DNA of 64,000 nucleotides from a virus (IMGVR_UViG_3300032954_000003:18847-82846), one strand, 5' to 3'; positions 26,808 to 36,466 are shown, counted from the stretch's first letter. Notes: generated by a model from the sequence alone, not told the origin. Numbers and translations: made by a program.

Positions 26808-27168
26808 CGTGACGTTCGGCTAAAGCAATCAGGTTTACTGCGACGCAGAACAGCCGTACCGCTAACGAAACGGTGAATGCCATGGATGCTATGCGTATCA
26901 TCGCACTTGTAGGAAGCGGCTTATTGTCTAGCCACTTCTTTAGTGCCTGCCGAAAGATGTTGTACTCGTATACGAAGGTAACAAACCAGACGGCTGTAGC
27001 AAACATCATCGCACCTACGGTAAATGTGCCGCTAGATTGAATAGCTACAGCCAGACAGGTTGCACTGATAACGAGCGCTAGACAGACAAGGACTGCGAGC
27101 AACACGAGTCCACGAGGTGGCCTACGCCATCGACGTACACGTGGGAGGCTAGCGGCGTATGTAGTCAA
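26800..27168 (-). CDS. membrane protein (3-4 TM helices)
   Basis: Hydrophobic segments LVLLAVLVCLALVISATCLAVAI, AMMFATAVWFVTFVY, IASMAFTVSLAVRLFCVAV. Last gene of the reverse-strand cassette. Confidence 0.5.
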   Translation of the reverse strand: MTTYAASLPRVRRWRRPPRGLVLLAVLVCLALVISATCLAVAIQSSGTFTVGAMMFATAVWFVTFVYEYNIFRQALKKWLDNKPLPTSAMIRIASMAFTVSLAVRLFCVAVNLIALAERHAS

Positions 27169-27263
27169 CGATGCGTTGTCCTACTAGTGGGAATGTCTTG
27201 GCGTAGATCCGTTCATACTTCTGGCGCGTAAGCCAGTAGCGCTCAGCGTAGGTTTGTTTCTTC

Positions 27264-27521
27264 TTAGCCCTCGCCATAGATGGGTGCGATAACGAGCCTC
27301 TTGCCATTGTTCTCAAATAATACCTTCAGGTAAGACAGAAGCGCATGACAAGCTTCGGCGTCATCCTCATAGCCGTGAAGTACGCCAGCATGCTGTCCGT
27401 TCGAACCTTCGAGTAACACGATCGCTCTCTCATTGTCGTGTTCTGGATGGTCCTCTAGCGCTTCGGTCATTGCCTCACAAAGTTGAGTCATCCGGCTATG
27501 TGGCAGGTCAGACTCGATCAT
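27264..27521 (-). CDS. hypothetical acidic protein (85 aa)
   Basis: Start overlaps the stop of 27508..28110 (coupled). Confidence 0.45.
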   Translation of the reverse strand: MIESDLPHSRMTQLCEAMTEALEDHPEHDNERAIVLLEGSNGQHAGVLHGYEDDAEACHALLSYLKVLFENNGKRLVIAPIYGEG

Positions 27522-28110
27522 TTATTGCTCCAAATCGCATATCCTTGGGGATTGGCTCGCCGTACTCTTTAGCGACACTTACAAGCTCATCTGCTGATAC
27601 AAGATGTGCACCGTAGCGCTTTGCTAGAGACTCCATCTCAGTATTGCCCCGTTGTACAACGGCGATAATACGGGCGAACTCACACCTGAAACCCTCTTGG
27701 TGTGCCTCAATCTTTCCCCATGCTTGAATTCCACCTGCCCACCCCCAGGTGTGATGATCTGGTAGGAAGTCATGGAACGCATACAATCCACAAGTACAAT
27801 GATGTACTGGGGCATAATGGCCGTTAGCCATTTGGGCAGCTCTGATCTGAGCTTCCTGTAGTTGGACTGTGCTGTTGAGTTCTATTGCTAGGTTAGGCGT
27901 AAAGCAGGTACATAGTGCCTGTGTAACAGGAGCATGCCAAGGCATACCATTACCGCCATGTAAGTGGCCGTTTATGAGACCCCATGATCTAAAGCCAATA
28001 ACGGGTTGCTCTAAACTTACACGCTCAGGTTCACTTGCTAAAGAAGGTGCTGATGCAGGGTTTAAGCCATATGTGTGCTGAAAGCCTAATTCGAAACCTA
28101 GTTCGCTCAT
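27508..28110 (-). CDS. hypothetical Cys/His/Trp-rich protein (200 aa), possible metal-binding enzyme
   Basis: Segments WGLINGHLHGGNGMPWH, LCTC, HHCTCGLYAFHDF, GFRCEFARI. No family recognised by eye. Confidence 0.45.
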   Translation of the reverse strand: MSELGFELGFQHTYGLNPASAPSLASEPERVSLEQPVIGFRSWGLINGHLHGGNGMPWHAPVTQALCTCFTPNLAIELNSTVQLQEAQIRAAQMANGHYAPVHHCTCGLYAFHDFLPDHHTWGWAGGIQAWGKIEAHQEGFRCEFARIIAVVQRGNTEMESLAKRYGAHLVSADELVSVAKEYGEPIPKDMRFGAINDRV

Positions 28111-28286
28111 GCCGGCACCGGCTCTTTGATCGGCTTAGGTGTCTCGACTGGTGGTGTTACTTTGATCGGCTCAGGGACGTTAAGCGGCTTAGAGCCTGGT
28201 GAAAGACCCATTTATTCCTTACCGAAGCTGCGGACTTCTGGGTTGTGTTTGGTCAGTGCTTGGTGAGCAACGACCGCAGGTTACAT

Positions 28287-28727
28287 CTAACGTACATATG
28301 GTCCACAAGCAAGGCTGTGAACTTTGTACTCTCCATCAGGGCTGATGAGTAACAGCATTTGCGCTAGGGCACGATCAGCTTTGGGAAGCGCATGGTAGCG
28401 CGGTACAAAAATGCCGAACCTAGCGTGTCGTATGCACCGGCCAGCTAGGAACTTATATGTATTTCTAGTCGGTTGTGGACCGAAAAAGTCAGCCAGTTCA
28501 ATCGTTTCGCTTCCATTGAGGCGGTACAACCGCGCACTCAGCATGTCTCCAGCAGCATTTGTATCTGTTACGGCGACGTGGAAGTAACCTGACCGTTTCC
28601 ATTCTGCTTGCTGTTGGGCGTCCAGATAACTGAACAACAGTTTTTCGGCCCGCTTATTGGGGTTGCGATAGAACAGATGGCGCGCAGGTGGTAGCTGCGA
28701 CCAGTAATGTCTGAGATCAGTCAGCAT
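28287..28727 (-). CDS. hypothetical protein (146 aa)
   Basis: Start ATGCTGA overlaps the stop of the upstream ORF (coupled). Confidence 0.45.
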   Translation of the reverse strand: MLTDLRHYWSQLPPARHLFYRNPNKRAEKLLFSYLDAQQQAEWKRSGYFHVAVTDTNAAGDMLSARLYRLNGSETIELADFFGPQPTRNTYKFLAGRCIRHARFGIFVPRYHALPKADRALAQMLLLISPDGEYKVHSLACGPYVR

Positions 28728-28927
28728 CCACCAGCGAGCTGCGGGACCATGCTGATCTCGTCAGCGTGTGGGTCGAACTCGCGGATTTGCTCGCGGTCGC
28801 TCTTACGGAAGCCAACGTATCCGCTGCCGCTCAAGCTATCGAAAGCTTCCTTGGCCTTTTTGAACTCGACTGGACTGTAAGAGATGGTCTTATGACCAGA
28901 CGAGTTGCAGATATTGAGAGTTGCCAT
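28721..28927 (-). CDS. hypothetical small protein (68 aa), first gene of the reverse-strand cassette
   Basis: Strong AAGGAGGA RBS 5 nt before the ATG. Divergent from the tail chaperone genes. Confidence 0.55.
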   Translation of the reverse strand: MATLNICNSSGHKTISYSPVEFKKAKEAFDSLSGSGYVGFRKSDREQIREFDPHADEISMVPQLAGGC

Positions 28928-29097
28928 GGTATTCCTCCTTGGTTGGTATGCGGGACGAGGGTGGAAGGTGAGCCTGAGGGATCACTAACCTCGTCCCGCG
29001 TCGGTAACCGTAGCGCAAAGTTATTGTTCAAGCAAACCCAAAATACCCGCTATTTGCGGACTTATCTAGCTGGCTAGCTAGATTGAAAGGAGTCGCA

Positions 29098-29580
29098 GTG
29101 CCAGTAGATGTACATAGCGTCGAGTGGCAGGCATCCCTACGTGACAAGCTACGTGCAGCACGGGCTACACAGCAAGCCGAACAAATCGAGGAAATTACTA
29201 TCCCCGGTTATGACGGACAGCTTGTAGCTAAATATCGCACGCTGGATTGGAAAGAGCGCCGCGCAATTGGGCTCAATGTCAAGGGACCTAATATCGCAGT
29301 GAAGGAACTCGACGCAGCGGCGGATCTCATTGTTGCGTCCTGTGTAGGTGTGGATGCACATGTTGATGGACAAGTAGCACCGATTGAAGCGGATGGGCAA
29401 CAACTAAAGCTGGGCAAGAAGTTAGCTAATGAGCTTGGCTTTGAAGGAGCGGACACAGACCGGCAGGCGGTGTTCCAGATTTTCCCCTCAGAGATTGCCC
29501 TTATGAACCACGTAGGTGCACTGGCACGAGCACAATTGATTACAAACGAACAAATTGACGATGATCTAGCGGGAAACTAA
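29098..29580 (+). CDS. tail assembly chaperone candidate
   Basis: GAAAGGAG RBS plus a GTG start (the track TTG at 29083 lies inside the RBS). Position upstream of the tape measure. Followed by a terminator-like hairpin. Confidence 0.45.
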   Translation: MPVDVHSVEWQASLRDKLRAARATQQAEQIEEITIPGYDGQLVAKYRTLDWKERRAIGLNVKGPNIAVKELDAAADLIVASCVGVDAHVDGQVAPIEADGQQLKLGKKLANELGFEGADTDRQAVFQIFPSEIALMNHVGALARAQLITNEQIDDDLAGN

Positions 29581-29582
29581 AG

Positions 29583-29613
29583 GGCGGCCATCTCATTGAG
29601 TTGGCCGCTTTTT
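29583..29613 (+). terminator. rho-independent terminator-like hairpin
   Basis: GGCGGCCA-loop-TGGCCGC followed by TTTTT, downstream of 29098..29580. Confidence 0.5.
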
Positions 29614-29751
29614 GCGCGCTTAACAACGTCCAAATCAACATCGATCGTCTGTTTGATGACGCTGATCCCACCTATGAGATGTGGGTCATTGCTGTCGTAG
29701 ATAGGGTCGCTAAGAGCTTACAACTACGAGCTGAACGAGAAAGGCAAGCAT

Positions 29752-30294
29752 ATGGCTAACGTTGGTATTGACTTGTCACAGCTCAAGAAGTTCGAGAAAG
29801 ACCTCAGAGGATTCAACCCAGATAAAGAATTGAAACGGGCGTTACGTGTTGGCGGTCAGTTAGTCGCAGATGATGCAAAGAAGCTTGTGTCACCTTATTC
29901 AAGGTCTATCCCACCGACTATAAGGGTCAAGATCCATAAGACGCGTATCAAGGTAGAAGCAGGCGGTCTCACACATGCTGAGCAGGCATCTCTGGCCAAG
30001 GATATGTTCACTGAAGGGTATGGTGGCGATCGAGCTTACCATCGCCGCAAGAACCGGCAGAAACGGGCTGAAGGGGTAGTGCTAGCGGGACTCTTTGAGG
30101 AGGGTAACAAGGGAGCCAAATCCCGCGCTGCTACTGCTCGTGGCAAATTCCGTCATCCCACCTTTGGACACAAGCCGTGGCGTTATCAGGATATGCACCC
30201 GTTCCTAATGCCGGCTGCCGAAAAAAACCTCAAGAACCTGGAAGCACTTGAGGGCGATGCAGTGATGAAAGCGTTTGCTGAGCGAGGAATCTAG
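29752..30294 (+). CDS. hypothetical tail-module protein
   Basis: GAGAAAGG RBS; basic 180-aa protein directly upstream of the tape measure (its stop overlaps the tape measure start). Confidence 0.45.
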   Translation: MANVGIDLSQLKKFEKDLRGFNPDKELKRALRVGGQLVADDAKKLVSPYSRSIPPTIRVKIHKTRIKVEAGGLTHAEQASLAKDMFTEGYGGDRAYHRRKNRQKRAEGVVLAGLFEEGNKGAKSRAATARGKFRHPTFGHKPWRYQDMHPFLMPAAEKNLKNLEALEGDAVMKAFAERGI

Positions 30295-31940
30295 TGGCTG
30301 GCACCGAACGCACAGTCAAAGTAACCATAGTCTTTGACGATAAGGGCTCAGCTCGTATTGTCAAACAGGTTGGCGATGACGCAGGACATTCAACTACCAA
30401 ACTTGAACACCTAGACAAAGGTGTCAAAGAGCTAGGTAAATCCTTCGGTGGCCTGAAAGGTCTAATCGGTGCTGGGCTTGGAACGCTTGGTCTAGGTGGT
30501 GCGCTTTATGGCGTAAAAGAACTTGTTAGCAACACCTCAGAAATGTCTGAGGAAGTTGAGAAGTTCCATGCACTATCTGGTATTAGCGCACAGCAATCCT
30601 TGTACTTTACAGCTGCGCTAAAGGCTAGGGGTGTTAGCGGACAACAGGCGGGGAAAGCCTTTGGCTTCTTGAGCAAAAACCTACAGACCGCTGAACGACA
30701 GTGGAAGACTTATGGCTTCGCGTTGGAAAAGGCTGGCGTATCTCAACAAAAGGCCAACCTTGCTTTCGATCAAGCAGTAGAAAAGGGACAGCCTCTATCG
30801 GTCGCTCAAGCTGCGCTCACCGCTGGTAGTACAAAGATGACATCTCAGCTTGGGGTGCAAGCCAAAGCGTTCCAGGAACTAGGCATAAATCTAGGCCACT
30901 TTATGCACCTCAGTGAACCTGAAAAGCTGGAAGCTATTACCTCGGCCTTTGAACGTATGTCCGGCGGCGTCAAGAAGACAGCGTTACTCAAGGACTTGTT
31001 TGGACGTGGTGGACAAAACCTAGCCGGAGTGCTTCAAGGTGGAGCACTCGGCTGGAAACATCAAACTGAAGAGGCTAAAAAGTTCTTTCCTATATTGCAT
31101 GGTGGCGAGCAAGGGCTAACTGAATTCATCGCAAAGCAGGCCGAATCCAAAATGGCCTGGGAAGGATTGCAGTACACGTTAGGCGTCAAACTGATGCCAG
31201 TCCTAACAAGGGTGTATGAATGGTTTGCCAAGTTCCTGCAAGAAATTGAGCACGGCCATGGCATATGGGGGATGCTAGGTCAGGACATCGCCAAAGTCGT
31301 CAATGCGCTCAAATCTGTCTTCAAGTGGTTTGAAGAGAACAAAACCGCTGCCAAAGCATTGGAGTACATACTGGGGATACTTGCAACAGCGTGGGCTGTT
31401 AGCAAGGTTATAGAGTTCTACAACGCTCTAAAGAAACTGTTCTTCGTAGAGCAGCTTGCGAATGCGTTCAAAGGGCTAGCTGCGGCTGAGGGTGAGGCAG
31501 GTGCGGCAGCAGTTACAACTGAGGCTGAGGCCGCTCCTTTACTTGCCACGCTAGCTCCGTTGGCTGTGATTGCAGGTGGTGCAGCTATTGCTACTCAGAT
31601 ACCTATACCAAAGGCACTTGGCGGTGAAGGGCACAGCTTAGTTACAGAAGCGTCTCACTTATTGCCGTTTGGGACCACACAGAGTGCCGGTATTAGCGGC
31701 CGTCGTGAACTAGCCAACATACGCCGTGCCGAAGCACATAAACACGCACTTTCACATTCACAATGGGCTGCACAGGAAAGATGGGACCGCGAACATACAG
31801 TAGGGAGTGGCACCGAAAAAGTAGACGTGCACATTGATGGTCAGAAAGTCGCTGAGGCATTGATGAAAAACGAACGTGCGACTCGCAGAATCTCTGAAGG
31901 TATATCGCACTACACGCAGAAGCGGCAGGCACGACTATGA
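30294..31940 (+). CDS. tail tape measure protein
   Basis: 548 aa, Gly/Ala/Leu-rich helical with hydrophobic glycine-zipper segments (GLIGAGLGTLGLGGALYG; LAPLAVIAGGAAIATQ). Position after the chaperones. Confidence 0.7.
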   Translation: MAGTERTVKVTIVFDDKGSARIVKQVGDDAGHSTTKLEHLDKGVKELGKSFGGLKGLIGAGLGTLGLGGALYGVKELVSNTSEMSEEVEKFHALSGISAQQSLYFTAALKARGVSGQQAGKAFGFLSKNLQTAERQWKTYGFALEKAGVSQQKANLAFDQAVEKGQPLSVAQAALTAGSTKMTSQLGVQAKAFQELGINLGHFMHLSEPEKLEAITSAFERMSGGVKKTALLKDLFGRGGQNLAGVLQGGALGWKHQTEEAKKFFPILHGGEQGLTEFIAKQAESKMAWEGLQYTLGVKLMPVLTRVYEWFAKFLQEIEHGHGIWGMLGQDIAKVVNALKSVFKWFEENKTAAKALEYILGILATAWAVSKVIEFYNALKKLFFVEQLANAFKGLAAAEGEAGAAAVTTEAEAAPLLATLAPLAVIAGGAAIATQIPIPKALGGEGHSLVTEASHLLPFGTTQSAGISGRRELANIRRAEAHKHALSHSQWAAQERWDREHTVGSGTEKVDVHIDGQKVAEALMKNERATRRISEGISHYTQKRQARL

Positions 31941-32914
31941 CCTCCACCAAGCCAAATCGCGCTAAGGAACTCACCGAAATTGCACGCGCAAAGAAAGGCG
32001 GCGGCGGCGGCGGTGGTGGTATTGAAACGATCCATCGTTCGATCAAAAAGAAGTCTACGCCTACAGCTAAGCCACTACCGCTGCCACCGCGTGTTGGTAT
32101 CAAGTCGCAGTACATCGCGTTCTTTGGCTCCTTGACTAATGGCAAGGAATTCGAAACGCAGTTTGTACAAGTTCTAGCCGGCGAAGGTGCACCTACTATC
32201 ACGGGTGGGTGGCCGGAATGGATTCAGGTACCGCGTCCTCAGCGTGTGGCTATGACTGTTCTTCAGGGCTATCCGCCGATCCAGCTCAGCATCCCAATCC
32301 AGTTTGAGGCTGTAGCGAATAGCTCGAATCCGATGCACGTAGAGGAAGAAATCCGTAAGCTGGAATGGATGGCGGGACGCTCAGCCGGCGGTGGTGCACC
32401 AGGACACGAACGCGGTGAAGGCCAGAGCCTGTTTGCCGGTAAGCCTGGACAAGATGCATTGGGCGATTCACCTTTGGTCAACATCTATACGAGCAATAAC
32501 GAAATTGAAATCCCGCTGGTTCCTATCCAGTTCCAGGGTATCCAGTACGTTCTTACAAGTATCGACTTCGATCCGAACCCGCTACGCGAGGAAGGCGGTC
32601 ATCGGCTGCGTCAGTTAGCAACTGTAACGGCGCTTGAATTCGTAGCGGCACCAGGTACTGACTTCAATGCTCCATCGACTCGTTTCAACCAGCGTAACGC
32701 ACTAGCACATAAGGGTGAATGGCTAAAGACCACCACCGCCATCAACACGGTCAACAAGATCGCATTGCGTTACACGGGAACGACGCGCACAGTCAATGAA
32801 ATCCTAGAAGCCAACAAAAGCAACAAGGTGATAGGGCACAACCCCGACAAGAAGCTGCCGATTGGTACCAGAGTCTTCCTTCCTTTCAGTGCTCGGTTGA
32901 ATCTCAATGTCTAA
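31937..32914 (+). CDS. LysM-domain tail/baseplate protein with Gly8 run
   Basis: C-terminal LysM (NKIALRYTGTTRTVNEILEANKSNKVIGHNPDKKLPIGTRVFLP). A (GGC)n tract encodes GGGGGGGG. Confidence 0.6.
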   Translation: MTSTKPNRAKELTEIARAKKGGGGGGGGIETIHRSIKKKSTPTAKPLPLPPRVGIKSQYIAFFGSLTNGKEFETQFVQVLAGEGAPTITGGWPEWIQVPRPQRVAMTVLQGYPPIQLSIPIQFEAVANSSNPMHVEEEIRKLEWMAGRSAGGGAPGHERGEGQSLFAGKPGQDALGDSPLVNIYTSNNEIEIPLVPIQFQGIQYVLTSIDFDPNPLREEGGHRLRQLATVTALEFVAAPGTDFNAPSTRFNQRNALAHKGEWLKTTTAINTVNKIALRYTGTTRTVNEILEANKSNKVIGHNPDKKLPIGTRVFLPFSARLNLNV

Positions 32915-35126
32915 GGTTTCCTCAGCAGTAAGCATTACTCACTTCCTTGCCAAGGGCATCTCAGAAACCAAAGTAGACGGCAAGAGTGTCACTTCTAGTA
33001 TCAAGCCTGTAGAACTGGCCGAATCCATTTCCGAGATCGAAATTCAGACAGAGATCAAAGGTGCGAATTTCATAAAAGTCCACATCTCTGATCCCTACTG
33101 GACGGTAGCCGCCAGCGGATTATGTACACCCAACAGTGAAGGTCTATTACCTCAGGTCGCAGTTGAATTCCCAGAAGAAACTGGATGGACTTGGGTTCTG
33201 ACTGCCGCTGAACTAACGAATGAGCTGAACCTACCCAACCTAGTATTGACGTTTGAGGATCGTATTGCATGGACGCTGCGCCAGATTTGGGGACCAAAGC
33301 GGGCTAAGCCTGGAACGCTTGTACGCGCCAAATTCATAGCTGGGCTGGTCGAGGAAGTTACTTTGCATGGCTATGAAGAAATCCGTCTTCACATACCCAT
33401 CTTGCACGAAGCGGCAAAGCTGTATCACGAAAACCAAGTGCTACAGCGAGAATTGGCGATCATTAGCAACACTGCCGCTAGAACAAAGAAGTCCGAAGAA
33501 GCTGCGAAGCGCCGTTACAACAAGTCATCAGGAATCTCGCCGGCAGCGCCAAACCTCCAAGTCAAGGGTGCACCAGCAACAGAACAACAGAAGGCTGTTG
33601 CTAACGAACTGCTTGAGGTATGCGTTGAACTAAAAGCGAAACCCATCGTGTCTGAAGCCATCTTATGCGCTGCTACAGGTGAGTCTGATATGGGTAAAGT
33701 TGCCGGCACAGAAAACTCGTTGGGATTCTGGGGTATTTTACAAGGAAGCGGTCCAGGTGCACCTGCAAAGAGCAACCATCCAAATTACTGGCCAAAGGGA
33801 CCACAAGAAACCAAGGCCATGGCTGAGGCGTTCATCAAGGGTGGTAAGGGTTTTGTTTCGGCTGAAAAACTCGCTGAAGAAGGTAAGAGTGTCGGCGAAA
33901 TTGCTACTTTGGCAGAGGGATCTGGTGAACAGGCATCCTTCTATGGTCAATACCAAAGTGAAGCAAAGGCGTTCATATCCGCATTTGGTGAAGGCAAGAT
34001 TGCCGGTGCAACAGGTGGCGGTGCGCAAGCTAATAGCCAAACAGGGGAAATTACACGCGGTACCACTGAAGCGCCAAGTGAAACATCCTTTGATTGCATA
34101 CAACGTTTAGCCGGCAAGGTGAATTGGGCTGCATTCAACGGCAACGAAACCTTCTATTACATGAGTGGTCCTGAACTCGCTGAACAAGAACCGCAAGCTT
34201 ACCTAGAAGCTGCCCCTGGTGATAACAAGGTGTATTTCACTAACGGTGCTGGTGGTGTACGCGCAACTGAAACTGGACTTATCCAGGTACCGCTAGTTGC
34301 TACATGGGACAACTCAACACTTGAATACGAGACAGATCATAAGGTTCACGGACGCGTCCAACGACGTTCCCGTATTACCAAACCGCAGTCTCCAGCTGAG
34401 ATTCGGCTAAACCTTGTATGTAATCCAACCGAGTTCCAAGCAGGTATGGTGTTTTACTTTGTGAACTCAGGTCCGCTAAATGGTCGCTGGATCATCACAG
34501 ACGCTACACGCAACTACATCAAAGACAAGTACACCCAGTTTATTCTCCAGCCACCAACTGCGCCGATCGCCGAAAACGCTGCTGGCAAGCCGAATCCGAC
34601 ACCAACGGTACAGCCGACCACTGCCGAAGGTTACGTCAACCCGCTCAAAGAAACGAAATCGCTTACCCCTGAGCGTATCGATCAAGGTGTGGATTACAGC
34701 ATGCAAGTTGGTTCGCCTCTCTTGGCGATTGGTAACCAAGAAGTAGCAGGCATCATCAAAAACTGGTACAACGAACAACCGCTTATCTTCTACAAGTTGC
34801 TAGAAGGTAGACAGCGTAACCATTACTACTACATCTCAGAGCAAATCAATGTAGGTGGCAAGGAAAAGGAAGCCATTACAGTAACAGTGGGACAGAAATT
34901 CAAAGCCGGCCAGCGGATCGCTACGTATGCACGCGAAGGGACTGGGATTGAGACGGGATGGTGTACAAGTACAGGCGAGACGCTAGCAATGGCTAATGGC
35001 GGTTACATTGAGGGATACAGTACCGCTGCTGGAGAATCCTTTTCACGTTTCCTTGAAGCGCTTGGTGCTTCCGGTGGAGTCAGACAGGAACGCTCTATGG
35101 GCTCAGTCCCACCAGGGTATCCGTAA
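32907..35126 (+). CDS. baseplate hub / tail-associated peptidoglycan hydrolase (lytic-transglycosylase-like region)
   Basis: 739 aa after the LysM gene. Segment AATGESDMGKVAGTENSLGFWGILQGS resembles an SLT catalytic E-S...G.MQ motif. Confidence 0.5.
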   Translation: MSKVSSAVSITHFLAKGISETKVDGKSVTSSIKPVELAESISEIEIQTEIKGANFIKVHISDPYWTVAASGLCTPNSEGLLPQVAVEFPEETGWTWVLTAAELTNELNLPNLVLTFEDRIAWTLRQIWGPKRAKPGTLVRAKFIAGLVEEVTLHGYEEIRLHIPILHEAAKLYHENQVLQRELAIISNTAARTKKSEEAAKRRYNKSSGISPAAPNLQVKGAPATEQQKAVANELLEVCVELKAKPIVSEAILCAATGESDMGKVAGTENSLGFWGILQGSGPGAPAKSNHPNYWPKGPQETKAMAEAFIKGGKGFVSAEKLAEEGKSVGEIATLAEGSGEQASFYGQYQSEAKAFISAFGEGKIAGATGGGAQANSQTGEITRGTTEAPSETSFDCIQRLAGKVNWAAFNGNETFYYMSGPELAEQEPQAYLEAAPGDNKVYFTNGAGGVRATETGLIQVPLVATWDNSTLEYETDHKVHGRVQRRSRITKPQSPAEIRLNLVCNPTEFQAGMVFYFVNSGPLNGRWIITDATRNYIKDKYTQFILQPPTAPIAENAAGKPNPTPTVQPTTAEGYVNPLKETKSLTPERIDQGVDYSMQVGSPLLAIGNQEVAGIIKNWYNEQPLIFYKLLEGRQRNHYYYISEQINVGGKEKEAITVTVGQKFKAGQRIATYAREGTGIETGWCTSTGETLAMANGGYIEGYSTAAGESFSRFLEALGASGGVRQERSMGSVPPGYP

Positions 35127-36247
35127 TGCCGAACCCAGCACTTGTCCTAGGGAACAACACTGAACCCGTAGGGCAGACGCAAGTAGTACGTGGCTATGTG
35201 TCCTCAGTGCAGCCGGCTGTAAAAACGCACAAAGAACAAGTTTACGTCATTGTCCCAGAACACTCTACAACCGTGCCGATTGGACCTTGTAACTTTGTCA
35301 ACGCGCAAGGTTCTACTTTACCGGCACAAGATGCCGAATGTGTTGTGGTCTTTGATGAAAAGGAAGTACCGACAGTTGTTTGGTTTGCAGGCGAATTTGA
35401 AGGTGGTGGTGGCGGCCTCACTGAAGCGGAAGTCCTCGCGCTGATAGCCGCCCATGCGATCGCACTGAGCGAAAAGGGCGGGGCCTCTGGCGTACCATCC
35501 TCGGAACACGCGCTGGCGATCACAGGGACGCCGACCTCGGGGCAGGTGCTCACGGCCACCTCGGGAACCGCCGCGCACTGGGCTGCTGCCGCAGGCGGTA
35601 TATCCGAAGCCGAAGTCAAGGCCCTGATCGCAGCCGAAGCGTTGCTCAAGGCCGGCGTCTCAGGTGGCCAGACGGTCCACGGCGGCACCGCCGAAGCCGA
35701 CAAGCTCACCCTGGCAGCCAACACCGCCGCGGGCGAAAAACCCGTGGTCATCTCGCGGGACACGCTCACCTGCTGGAACCTCAAGGCCGAAAACCTCACC
35801 GAGGTCAACTTCCTGCGCGGTATCAGCGGCGAAGCGATCCCCGAAGTCAAGATCGGACTGCTCGAAATCACGGAAGCGTTGGAGGCGCCGTTCCTGCTGG
35901 TGAACGGGGGTGTTGCCTACCTGCAATCCAATGTGGCTGAACTCACGGAAACGGCCAACAACTGGGAACTCAGCGGGCACCAGGCGGTCTTCTATCGCAT
36001 CAAGTCCAATGCCAGCCACGAAGTCACCGGCATCCAGTATCCGGGCGTCCAGGAATCGGGCCAGTCGCTCATACTCACCAACATCGGCACGCACCCGTTC
36101 GTCTTCAAGAACAATAACGCCGGCTCCGAATCGGAAAACCGCTTCAAGTTCTCGACCGAAGCGGACATCACGCTGGAACCGAACCACACGCTGACGCTGA
36201 TTTACGACACCGGGGCCGTGCGTTGGCGCGACATCGCACTGAGGTGA
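35126..36247 (+). CDS. baseplate spike protein (gpV-like OB-fold N-terminus) with GC-rich C-terminal domain
   Basis: N-terminus VVRGYVSSVQP...VYVIVPEHSTTVPIG is like P2 gpV/Mu gp45. From about 35400 GC reaches roughly 68% with Ala/Gly-rich repeats. Confidence 0.55.
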   Translation: MPNPALVLGNNTEPVGQTQVVRGYVSSVQPAVKTHKEQVYVIVPEHSTTVPIGPCNFVNAQGSTLPAQDAECVVVFDEKEVPTVVWFAGEFEGGGGGLTEAEVLALIAAHAIALSEKGGASGVPSSEHALAITGTPTSGQVLTATSGTAAHWAAAAGGISEAEVKALIAAEALLKAGVSGGQTVHGGTAEADKLTLAANTAAGEKPVVISRDTLTCWNLKAENLTEVNFLRGISGEAIPEVKIGLLEITEALEAPFLLVNGGVAYLQSNVAELTETANNWELSGHQAVFYRIKSNASHEVTGIQYPGVQESGQSLILTNIGTHPFVFKNNNAGSESENRFKFSTEADITLEPNHTLTLIYDTGAVRWRDIALR

Positions 36248-36250
36248 GCC

Positions 36251-36466
36251 ATGCCAGGAGCATTCACAGCCGTCAAGTTCAAGGAATCCAAGGCACCGGA
36301 AGCGATCAAGCTCCTGGCCGCCTCAGCGGGGCTCACCGGCGCCGAACTGGAAGGCCCGGAAGCCGAAGCCGTCGCCAAGCAGCAGGCCAAGCGCGCCGTG
36401 GCCCGGGTGATGGAACGTGGCGCGCGGCTGCTCGAGGGCGAACCGAAGGTGCCGGAAAGCGAATGA
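36251..36466 (+). CDS. hypothetical small protein (GC-rich)
   Basis: GAGGTGAG RBS; 71 aa. Confidence 0.4.
   Translation: MPGAFTAVKFKESKAPEAIKLLAASAGLTGAELEGPEAEAVAKQQAKRAVARVMERGARLLEGEPKVPESE

Noticed and set aside
29580-29752. Looked for a -1 programmed frameshift joining the two tail-chaperone-region genes (G/GT-type)
   Set aside because: The downstream gene frame is closed by a TAG about 60 nt upstream of its ATG, with no slippery heptamer. The interval instead contains a terminator-like hairpin.
35242-36194. Several 80-209-aa ORFs on both strands overlapping the gpV-like gene
   Set aside because: GC-rich frame artefacts with Ala/Arg/Pro-rich low-complexity products. The in-frame gpV-like ORF has the coupled start and a recognisable N-terminal domain.
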